DNA of 64,000 nt from Eledone cirrhosa (lineage: Eukaryota), in the NCBI GenBank assembly GCA_964016885.1, contig OZ024758.1:15748001-15812000 (forward strand), given 5' to 3'. Each line of letters opens with the position of its first letter. Within the stretch, counting starts at the first letter, position 1. A program made the translations under genes and the position numbers. Below, in pieces: positions 12,149 through 23,243 of this stretch. Below the pieces are notes generated by a model that saw only the letters and a program-made list of their open reading frames with translations, was not told the origin of the DNA and did no database searches.

Positions 12149-13011
12149 TTTAAGGTGGTTTGATATAAACAAAGGTTATAGAATGGTTTCTTACTTCTTT
12201 CTCATAATATATATTTATTTTATAAAGTGATAACATAATACTGAAAGTTCTAAAAATATTTCTGCAACTAATGCCGTTTAAAAAATTTTTTTTCACTTTA
12301 ATAGGGTTCTTACATAAATTATGATGGAAGGTTTTTCTGTTTGTTTTTTTCTAGATAAATATAAACACTTTAAAACAAACAGTTTTGTATTGTAGAACCA
12401 GTGGTGGTTTCAAGCTGTTTAGTATGAAAAGGGTTAAAACAAAACACGCAGAAAAACTGAACTAAGTTACCCACTTAATATCATGGCTTTGACAAGTGTT
12501 ATTTTAATGATCCTTTAGGGAGCTGACAAGAGTTAAGTAGTCCTTTGTAACTGCAATATTCGGTCAAATGAACTGAGAGTAATTGCAGGTAAGACTGAGT
12601 ATTATTAGTCAGCTGTAGATTACTGCCTTGTTACAATGTATGATTAAAAGTATCTGACAGTAAGTAATTGGGTCTCTGGTTGCTCTTGTTGTCTGTTAAT
12701 GTTAACATCTTCATATTATTAGAAAAGGTTTTCTTTTTTCTTGAGTACAGTTGACATAATTACAAAGCATCAAGACAGAAAGTCACATCAACAATTGGGT
12801 TATATATATTTTCAAAGGACGTTAGTTCTATTCCTAACACATCTCTTTATCTATATTAATAGTGTCAGGTTAAATTCTGAACTATTTATTCCATGTTCAA
12901 ATCATGCTGTCATTGTACTGTGTTTTATGTTTAGAGGATACTAACCCTAACTTACTCTCTAAGCCTAGAGCACAGCAAAATGACTATTATGGCACTTTCT
13001 AAGCCTAGAGG

Positions 13012-13188
13012 TCTACTGAATCACAGTTGAATTGTGGTTAAACAACAACTGTTCTGGCAAGTTTGAAAAAAGTATTCTGTTAGTCTATTGCCTTTGCAAG
13101 CTAATAGACTAACAAACAAACAGAATACTTTTTTCAAACTTACCAGAACAGTTGTTGTTTAACCACAATTCAACTGTGATTCAGTAGA
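13012..13188. repeat. ~177-bp imperfect palindrome
   Basis: TCTACTGAATCACAGTTGAATTGTGG...CCACAATTCAACTGTGATTCAGTAGA. Confidence 0.9.
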
Positions 13189-14954
13189 TCTATGATAAAA
13201 AGCATTCTCATTTATTTAAACCTTTACTGGGGAGGCTTGACATGGAGATCCCTCTATAATGAGAACAATCTCTTTTTGAAAATTGCCATTGCTTAGGTGC
13301 CTTTTCAGAGATCCAGGCCACCTGGTACACACGATTCAGCCCAAGAATACCTTCTCTATTTATGGCTTTTAACAACTCAGGCCAAGATCCATCCTCCTCA
13401 GAGGCCTAGCCACATTTGAACGATTTAATTTATCTGGTGACTTCAGCCTTTGAGTGGTTAGTCATTGCTTATAGATGCACCTCAAGCATATCAGAAGATA
13501 CTGTTGTGACCGAGTTTAGGAGAACAGGGAAGTATTCTCTCCATCTCACAAAGATGCAACTCTCTGAAGAGAGAACTCCAGATATGTTCCTTCAAATCAT
13601 AAGTAGTGTCTCTCAATAAGAAATATGGTAGGTAACGAAAAGGGTCAGGATTGTTGAAGGAGAATTGACTACTCTTTCTAGCAGGTCAAGTAACCATATA
13701 GAGGTTGCTCAAAACAGTGGTTAATACTGGACATTTGTTGCAACTCACTCCATCCATTCAAGATGCAAACATTGATGTCACCATCATCATTGTTTTAACA
13801 TGTTTTTCTCTTGCTCACATGGGTTGATGTCTCTCAATATATCACCTTCCTTTGTCATTTTTGTTTGTAAAGTTTCTTAAGTTCAACTTTCACCACTTCT
13901 ACCATTTCCACGACTTCCTTACACTTGGAACTCTTGGCACTTCTTCTTCACTCAACCGTGTAAATATAACAACTGTTTGTTTGAATCTTGTCTTTGGTGT
14001 ATGTGTGTGTTTCTTTTCTTTTCAAACATGCAGGAAGTGAACTAGTTGCCAAATGTGCTCATTAAAATAGAACAGAGCAATTATTCAAATATGACAATTT
14101 CTAATCTTGTATGTTTGTACTTTGAATAGGTGCTTATCAATTAAATTTTGATTAACACCATACAACAACAACAACAACACAACATACATTTTAAGGTGAT
14201 TTTCTCTGTTTCAGAAAAAGTTAGTCTTGCTGGACCCTATAACAGGTTTTTTTCCATTTTGCCCTATCCTTTAAGTGGAGGCACGTGGCCTAGTGGTAAG
14301 GGTGTTGGACATAACGATCTTAATGTTGTGGGTTTGATTCCTGGGCTGGGTTGTGTGTTGTGTTCTTGAGCAAAACATTTCATTTCCAGTATACTTAGCT
14401 GAAAATGTGTTCAAGCAATAGCTGGGGGTTTAATCCTACAATAGACTGGCATCCTGTCCAGGAGGAGTCTTGTACTCTCAATCGCTTCATGCCATGGAAA
14501 CTGGGATGGCACTGGCCTGATGGGTCTCTGGGCATGAGACAGACTTTATTCTATCCTTTACAACTTCCCCTATCCAACTGCCTGGCTTTCATTTCATTCT
14601 TTGTCATCTTTAGCTGTGTCTTTCTTGGTCATCTTCTTCCCACGTTTACTTCTATCATTCCTCTCACCTAGTCATTTTCATCCTTCCTCAACATATGACC
14701 CAGCCATCTCATTCTATTTCTCTTCACAACATTCAGATGCTTTATCCCCCATCATTCACTGCAATTCACTGTCTGTCTCTCTCTCTCTCTCTCAGCAATA
14801 CTCCACTCATCCACTGCAATTCACTGTCTCTCTCTCTCATCAATACTCCATCATCCATTGAACTACTCTCATTTTCTTTCTCTCCAGCCTTCTCTGTTGC
14901 TCCACATTCAACACCTCTCTCTCGCTCCCATCATGTCACTTTTCACACATGTAA

Positions 14955-15875
14955 CATTTGTCGTAATACAAAATATACACATTTGAAGGAAATCTTTGCT
15001 CTTCCTTTTCACATATGTAGCATATGTCATAATAGAAAATATATATATTTGAAGTAGATCTTTGCTCTTACTTTGCACATATGTAGCATATAATAGAAAA
15101 TATATATATTTGAAGTAGATCTTTGCTCTTACTTTGCACATATGTAGCATATAATAGAAAATATATATATTTGAAGTAGATCTTTGCTCTTACTTTGCAC
15201 ATATGTAGCATATAATAGAAAAAATATATATTTGAAGTAGATCTTTGCTCTTACTTTGCACATATGTAGCATATAATAGAAAATATATATATTCGAAGTA
15301 GATCTTTGCTCTTACTTTGCACATATGTAGCATATAATAGAAAATATATATATTCGAAGTAGATCTTTGCTCTTACTTTGCACATATGTAGCATATAATA
15401 GAAAATATATATATTCGAAGTAGATCTTTGCTCTTACTTTGCACATATGTAGCATATAATAGAAAATATATATATTTGAAGTAGATCTTTGCTCTTACTT
15501 TGCACATATGTAGCATATAATAGAAAATATATATATTTGAAGTAGATCTTTGCTCTTACTTTGCACATATGTAGCATATAATAGAAAATATATATATTTG
15601 AAGTAGATCTTTGCTCTTACTTTGCACATATGTAGCATATAATAGAAAATATATATATTTGAAGTAGATCTTTGCTCTTACTTTGCACATATGTAGCATA
15701 TAATAGAAAATATATATATTTGAAGTAGATCTTTGCTCTTACTTTGCACATATGTAGCATATAATAGAAAATATATATATTCGAAGTAGATCTTTGCACA
15801 TATGTAGCATATATCATAATAGAAAATATATATATATATTTGAAGTAGATCTTTGTTCTTACTTTGCACATGTCC
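14955..15875. repeat. ~61-bp minisatellite (~14 copies)
   Basis: TTTGAAGTAGATCTTTGCTCTTACTTTGCACATATGTAGCATATAATAGAAAATATATATA. Confidence 0.95.
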
Positions 15876-16232
15876 ATCAACAACAATATTATTTTTTAAT
15901 ATCGTAGTAAGGTTTTATCCTTCTTCTCCAAAATTACAGTGAGCCCAAATCTTGCATGATCAATTAATTTAACCCCCCCCCCCCCTGGTTATTAAAAAAC
16001 TATGTATGTTCAAGATCCCTATATGATAGTGTCTGTTACATCACTGTTTTGGAGGAGACATAACACCAGCTTCTCTGGGAGTTGAAGAAAACTCAGGAAA
16101 CTCAGCTTCATGTGGAAGAGGACGTTTTTTTTTAATTTCATAAAAAAATATTTTCCTGCTGCATATGTTCATAACTCTATAACTTGTATCACCCAATGTA
16201 TTGAAATAATCTGTAATTTCATATAATTTCAG

Positions 16233-16408
16233 ACTAAAAAAAGCTGGCTTTCCAATCAATCTGTTACCACATGTTAAAGAAGCTGGGTCTGGTGCAGGAA
16301 CTCTAAAGTGTGACTGGTTCTCAATTCCAAAAGGAATCCCAGTGCTTGTTGCATTAGGAGACTTACAGTGTGCTATCATGTCCACTATTAAAGATAGTAC
16401 AGATGCAG
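16233..16408 (+). CDS. SHPK: Sedoheptulokinase (FGGY family), internal exon (LKKAGFPINLLP...IPKGIPVLVALGDLQCAI)
   Basis: TTTCAG/GTTGGT boundaries; resembles human SHPK GFPVHLLP...VALGDLQASV. Confidence 0.92.
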
Positions 16409-16447
16409 GTTGGTCACATTCCTTTCTCTATTTCAGTCTAGGTTGTG

Positions 16448-17755
16448 TTAACTCCTTAGCATTTAAACAGACCATATCTGGCCAGAATTCTCTCACCTCT
16501 TTCTGTTCAAATCGACCATATCTGGCTAGAATTCTCTCACCTCTTTCTGTTCAAATCAACCATATCTGTCCAGAATTCTCTCACCTCTTTCTGTTTAAAC
16601 AGACCATATCTGGCCAGAATTCTCTCACCTCTTTCTGTTTAAACAGACCATATCTGGCCAGAATTCTCTCACCTCTTTCTGTTTAAACAGACCATATCTG
16701 GCCAGAATTCTCTCACCTCTTTCTGTTCAAATCAATCATATCTGGCCAGAATTCTCTCACCTCTTTCTGTTCAAATCGACCATATCTGGCTAGAATTCTC
16801 TCACCTCTTTCTGTTTAAACAGACCATATCTGGCCAGAATTCTCTCACCTCTTTCTGTTCAAATCAACCATATCTGGCCAGAATTCTCTCACCTCTTTCT
16901 GTTCAAATCGACCAGATCTGGCTAGAATTCTCTCACCTCTTTCTGTTTAAACAGACCATATCTGGCCAGAATTCTCTCACCTCTTTCTGTTCAAATCAAC
17001 CATATCTGTCCAGAATTCTCTCACCTCTTTCTGATTAAACAGACCATATCTGGCCAGAATTCTCTCACCTCTTTCTGTTTAAACAGACCATATCTGGCCA
17101 GAATTCTCTCACCTCTTTCTGTTTAAACAGACCATATCTGGCCAGAATTCTCTCACCTCTTTCTGTTCAAATCAACCATATCTGTCCAGAATTCTCTCAC
17201 CTCTTTCTGTTTAAACAGACCATATCTGGCCAGAATTCTCTCACCTCTTTCTGTTTAAACAGACCATATCTGGCCAGAATTCTCTCACCTCTTTCTGTTT
17301 AAACAGACCATATCTGGCCAGAATTCTCTCACCTCTTTCTGTTCAAATCAACCATATCTGTCCAGAATTCTCTCACCTCTTTCTGTTTAAACAGACCATA
17401 TCTGGCCAGAATTCTCTCACCTCTTTCTGTTCAAACCAGCCGTAACAGATTAATACAAATGTCACAACTCCTTTTTTCCAGCTGAAAAACTGCAGCAATG
17501 TGGAAAGAACGTGTTAAATGTATAATGCAGATGCAGTATTCATCTCGTTTAGCATTTAAACTGGTCGTATCCAGCCAGAATTCTCTCACCTCTTTCTGTT
17601 CAAACCGGCTGTAACTAGTCACTCATATTTATGTTAAGGTATTGTTCTCAAAATAAATAATATCAAAATCTCATAGATTTGATATTATGTGAGATAAAGC
17701 CTTCATCGTGAAAATAGAATAGTATATATAGTAATGTGATTGCTAAAGGGTTAAA
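16448..17755. repeat. TTAA MITE containing an internal 44-bp tandem array (~22 copies, 16464-17435)
   Basis: Unit AAACAGACCATATCTGGCCAGAATTCTCTCACCTCTTTCTGTTT is the subterminal segment of the MITE; MITE termini flank the array. Confidence 0.9.
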
Positions 17756-18139
17756 TAAGATTTAGTTAAATCGTGATTATTTATTAGACATAGAAACAAA
17801 GAAGTCAGCAACCCTTTCATTACTATATTTCTATTGAAACTTCTTTGCCTTGTTGTATGACATACACAGTAGCTAGAGAAACAGGTCGAGACAGGAAAGC
17901 CAAACCAAGGTGTCATTTGCAGCATTATGGATTGCCTCCAGGCTGCCATGAAAACATCTGAGGGGGGCAATCCTGAACTAAATTACAGTAAGACACTACA
18001 CATTATTTTCAATTAATTTTGAAAATAATTAAGAATTTGGAAGGATTTAGTAATATAACAACTAATTTGATCATTTTAAAGCTGATGTTTGGAGTGTAAC
18101 ATAACAAAGGTTCTTACATAGAATTATGATGGAATGTTC

Positions 18140-18420
18140 TAATTCTTTTTCATGCTCAGAGTTGCTGAAGCATGGAATAAACTACCTGCATCAGTTGTTA
18201 GCTGTCAAGACACTGCATCCTTTAAAACCTCCATGCTTCCTGAGATTCGCCAACAAAATACTTGATATCCCCCCTCCATACACACACATGTATTTCATGA
18301 CTTGTACAATGTTCATTTTCCTGACATTTGTGCATTAATCTATGCACTATATATATACATGCACCTTTGATGAGTTGTAGTGCACCTGAGCACTGTACAC
18401 AATAATTTCATTATTATTAT
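18140..18420 (+). mobile_element. CR1-like LINE 3' end fragment
   Basis: [16 protein letters not shown] plus 3' UTR identical in form to 60895-61155. Confidence 0.75.
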
Positions 18421-19814
18421 ATAATACACTTGAAAATGTGTTTAGCCAAATCTCCTTTAAATTACAGTCTTGGTTTAAGAAAGGGAACTACAAACTGTAT
18501 ATAGTCCTAAATATATTCTATGCATCTTCCAAAAGATCGCTTTATGTCCACTTTTCCATGCCACCATTATTGACTGGACCTTTTTAAGGACATTTTTTAA
18601 AACCAGGTGTCCTACCAGATGCCAACCATTTTAGTTGGTTCTTATGCTGGGCCAGCAGAAGGTCTTCAGAGAAGAACCCCACCGCTCAAGCCCTTAACTT
18701 ATATATATATATATATGAAAGAGTCGGGACCCCGACGGTTGAGCTCTTGCCGTTTCAACAGCTAGTTCCAGTCTGGAACTAACTGTTGAAACGGCAAGAG
18801 CTCAGCCGTCGGGGTCCCGACTCTTTCATATAACCATACTCTACTACAAGTACTACAAGTATCAAGTACTCCGGTGAGCAATGGTCTAACTAATTTTTTA
18901 CTGTATCTATCTTAATATATATATACGAACAAAAAGCGCCCGGCCCACATTGTAAAGTGGTATCACAACAAAAAGTACTCAGTACTCACTATAATTGTGG
19001 TTGGCATTATGAAGGACATCTAGCTGTAGAAACCAATCAGTTCTGTATGAGCAATACATGGCCGGCTGACCTGGTTTGTATCTTAACGGGACAACTCGTC
19101 TAAGCCATGCTAGCGAGGAAAATGGACGTTAAACGATGATGATGATATATTTATAATCGAACACTTTGAACCCCACGTTAATTTAGCTACTCCCATAACA
19201 AATCTGGGATACACATTGAAAAACTTTTAATCATCTTTAAAAAAAAAAATTTAATTGATTTTATTTTCTACCCATGATGCAACAGTAGAAGAAATGACCA
19301 AGTTAGCGACATCAGTTACCTGGAAAAATTTTGGGTGAAATCTCAAGAACGATAACTTTGCCTGTCTTAGTTTGCAAAATTGGGTGTCAAAAAATTATTG
19401 AACGACTGTATTTTTCATCTGCAGAGTTCAAAGCATTTTTTAAAGCACTCGTGTCGGCTGTTTGTTTCAATGATATCTATTTTTTTAATTTAAATTAGTT
19501 TAAAGGAATGTTTATTATACATACATAAGAATGTATGTGTCGTCTGCTTTTATATTTACAACAAGCAACCACATCGTATCGCGTGATATAGTCGATCACA
19601 TCAACCCCAAAATTATGTTATCGATCAGTTTTGTCGAACCGCTAATTTACGAAACGTTTCTCTAATACATTCACGTTTTTCTAATACATATACACATATA
19701 CACACACTGTATGTGTATATATATATATATTAAAATAACAGATTAAAGTTTAAGCAAAGAATCGCTGCTTCCACTCTTAACGGGATACACTATATATATA
19801 TATATATATATAGT

Positions 19815-20540
19815 GTATCCCCTACTTTCGTGGTATTTTCTTATGGCTTTTTTCGTGCCAATCTGCGAACCACATAAATGTCGCCGTGGACTCTTTCGGA
19901 CTCCACCCGCTTTCCTGTCGCCACAGTGCCGGCCGCCCTCCACGCCATGCTGCCCTCAACGAGGTTATTAAGCATGGCTTGGGCGCTGCAGGCTTCGCCT
20001 CCCAGCTCGAGCCGGTGGGGCTGGCAAAAGGGCAGACGGTATAACCATCTTCCCGTTCTGCGGTGGCAAACCCCTCGTCTGGGATGCCACTTGCAGCGAC
20101 ACTTTCTCCAGCCGCAACCTGCGACTAACCCAAGTACTGTTGCACGTCGGACTTAGGAGGCAAAAACTCTCCAAGTACAGGTCGTGCCCTTGGCAGTGGA
20201 GACTTCTGGAGTACTTGGCCCTAGGGTTACCTCCTTATTCACCACCACAGGCGCTGAGCTAGCCAGCCGCAGGTGTGAGCCTCGCGAGTTGGAATGGCTC
20301 TTCCAGCGCATCTCCCTTACCATCCTGTCTGCCGGGGCTGTGGTGAGGTCAGCACGTGGGACCCCATTTGCTCACCATTAATAGGCAAAATTATAAACTA
20401 TATTTTTTTTAACGCTAAACTATTTGCCGTCTTATTGGATAGGGTTCTCCCTCTTTTTTTAAAAATTTTATTTTAGTTATATTTTGACGTTTGTAGGCAT
20501 TTTTATGGGTGCTCTTGGAACGTAAGCACCGGGGACTATT
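19815..20540 (+). mobile_element. 5'-truncated, frameshifted RLE-type non-LTR retrotransposon (CRE-like)
   Basis: Across frames: zinc-knuckle remnant (HPLSCRHSAGR..RHAALNEVI), RADGITIFPFCGGKPLVWDATCSDT, VPLAVETSGVLG, WLFQRISL; flanked by (TA)n. Confidence 0.8.
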
Positions 20541-21204
20541 TCTCTCTCTATATATATTTATATACACACACACTACGCGAGTGTGTGCATATCTATTTCT
20601 TCATTAGCAAAACAAATAAAAGGAAAATTTGGCTGCTGTTTTTAGCATTCTAAAATATTATACGAATTGTGATATGACTGTTTCTTTTATATAAATGTCA
20701 ATGTTTGGCTGCCATTTCTAGCATTGTTGTCGACCACTTAACTGTCCAGGGGCAGGGTCCAAAGTTTTATGATTACCTCCCTTTGACCATAATATTTACC
20801 TTAGTTTTCCAGAATGATTTTTAACTTTCTTAATTCATTAAAGTATGTAGATTACAGTTCTGAAATTATTATATGAATTTAAAATATTTCTTTGCTAATT
20901 CTATTATTTTCTGACACATTAAATGTGTTTTGAGGGAAATTTAGATGTCATATTTGTATGTCCTGTAGATGTTTCTTTTCAAGAGATCGATAAAATAATC
21001 TGTATGTGTGTTTGTATAAATGTGTGTGTATATATTGGTCGTGCTGGAGATAATATAACATGGTTGGCGTTAGCAAGGGCATCCGGGCATAGTAACCAAG
21101 CTGAAATACAGATCCATAAGAGCAAGACATGGTCACCTGACCTGAATTGTCTCATAACGTGACAACAGATCTAACCCATGCAAGCATAGAAATTGGACGT
21201 TAAA

Positions 21205-21630
21205 TGATAATGCATGGTAGTGAGACATGGGCAGCAACTGTGGAGGATATGCGACGGCTGGAGAGAAATGTAGCAAGCATGCTCCGATGAATGTGCAATG
21301 TCAATGTGCGTGAACGACCAAGCATAGACGAGTTGAGAGAAAAACTGTATAAGAGGGATAAACTAGTGTGCAGGAGAGAAGACTGTGTTGGTATGGACAT
21401 GTGATGCACATGGAGGATGGACTTCTGGGTAAAGAAGTGCCAAGAAATCCCAGTGGAAGGAAGACGCAGTAGAGGAAGACCACGAAAGACATGGATGGAG
21501 GTGGTGAGAGCTGATCTCAGATCACTGAAGCTCACGGAGGAGATGACGAATAGAGAGATGCTGTGCTGAAAAGGACCTGTCCCACTCTTGCAAGCAATGA
21601 AAAGCAGACGTAAAATGATGATGATGTTGA
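21205..21630 (+). mobile_element. RTE-clade LINE 3' fragment
   Basis: HGSETW...WYGHV...GRPRKTW; same tail. Confidence 0.85.
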
Positions 21631-21879
21631 TGAAGAAGACTGCTCTTTGCTTTTTAACCCTTTAATGTTCAAACCGGCCAGAATTCTCTACCTTTTTCTG
21701 TTGAAACTGGCTGTAACTTATCACTCAAACTTATGTTAAGGTATTGTTCTCAAAATAAATACTTTCAAAATCTCAGATTCGATATTATGTGAGATAAAGC
21801 TTTTACCATGAAAATATAATAGTATATATAGGGTAATGTGAATAGTAAAGGGCTAATCTAGATTTTTTTTCTCATTTAG

Positions 21880-22080
21880 TTCTTAACATCAGTACTTCAA
21901 CACAGTTGGCATTTCCAATATCCCTTAAAGGATTTATACCTCCACCAACCAGCCCAGATAATGCCATTGAATATTTCCCATACTTCGGCAGAACTTACAT
22001 AGCAACTGTTGCTAGTCTTACTGGTGGTAGTGTGATGGCTAACTTTGTCAAAACTCTGCAAGAATGGTTTTCAGAATTTG
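21880..22080 (+). CDS. SHPK: Sedoheptulokinase, penultimate exon (VLNISTSTQL...YFPYF...ASLTGGSV)
   Basis: TTTAG/GTGAGT; resembles human VLNISTSVQL, YFPYF, ASLNGGNV. Confidence 0.94.
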
Positions 22081-22833
22081 GTGAGTGATTTTAATTTTGT
22101 TTGTAATGTCATGCTAAATGATAAATAGTAGATAAAAGATGGTTCTAAAAATCTGTCTAGAGTCCAGAGTCTAATTAGGACTGTACATATATCGGTTTTC
22201 ATGGTGTCAAGTGACTGAGAGTACGAGACTCTCCTCTGGACAGGATGCCAGTCCACCATAGTTAAACTCCCAGCAAGCTTGCCTAAAACTACACATATGC
22301 ATCAATGTATACAACTCTAGAGGTGGCGAATTGGCAGAGTCATTAGAACGTCGTATAGAATGCTTCACGGTATTCATTCCAGCTCTCTGAGTTCAAGTTT
22401 GCCTTTCAACCTTTCAGGGTTGATAAAAAAAAATACGTCTTGCAATGGGGTCGATTCTTCTTCTATATCTCTTCCTCTGGAAGAAATCTGCTGTACTCGG
22501 GCCTGGAGAGGGATGGGCTCTGCCAGGCTTAAAATGCCATGTCAATACAGCACCCCTATGACTCTATCAAGAGTTATGGGACCACAACTCTACTCTGCAT
22601 ATTTTGACTCCCTCATGTCATTACTTCCCATGGGAAAAAAATAAAGGTAGATAGTTTTTTGACAGTTTGTCTGCAATGATTCAATTACAAGGCATTGGTC
22701 AACCTGCAGCTATTGTAGAAGACACTTTAAGACACTTTTCAGTGGGACTGAACCCCCAAACCATGTTGTTGCAAAACAAACTCCTTAACTATACACCTTT
22801 TTCTCTTTTATTTATTTATTTATTTTTTCACAG

Positions 22834-23243
22834 GTGTTCAATTAGAAGAAGACCAAGTGTGGCAAAAGCTTATAAAACTTGCTGAAAAAGTACCAAATAC
22901 TGATCTCCAAATTGTACCAACTTTACAGGGAGAACGTCATAAACCAGATCAGCGAGGAAGTGTAGCTGGACTTAACATGAATAACATGTCTCTGGGAAAA
23001 GTGTTTCGTGCTCTGTGTAGTGGTCTTGTTGAGAATTTGCACGACATGATGCCAAACACTTACCTGGAAGATCACGGCATTAAACGGATCATTGCGAGTG
23101 GCTCTGGTGTCACTAGGAACCTGATTGTTCAACAAGAAGTAAAAAGATGTTACAAGACACCAATGGTCAACGGTGACCGCTGTGATTCTGCCTTAGGAGC
23201 TGCATTATGTGCAATTAATTCCTGCTGTAAGAGTTCACACTGA
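22834..23243 (+). CDS. SHPK: Sedoheptulokinase, last coding exon (PTLQGERHKPD...RALCSGLVENLHDMMP...DSALGAAL*)
   Basis: CACAG acceptor, TGA stop at 23243; resembles the human SHPK C-terminus. Confidence 0.94.

Noticed and set aside
1-16232. Upstream SHPK exons (e.g. the QNAASWGYF region)
   Set aside because: Searched by eye and not found; probably 5' of the window, although a short exon could have been missed.
16041-16385. 114-aa minus-strand ORF
   Set aside because: Antisense shadow of the SHPK exon.
14955-17435. Regular repeat arrays resembling CRISPR
   Set aside because: Head-to-tail units with no unique spacers, no cas genes, eukaryotic context.
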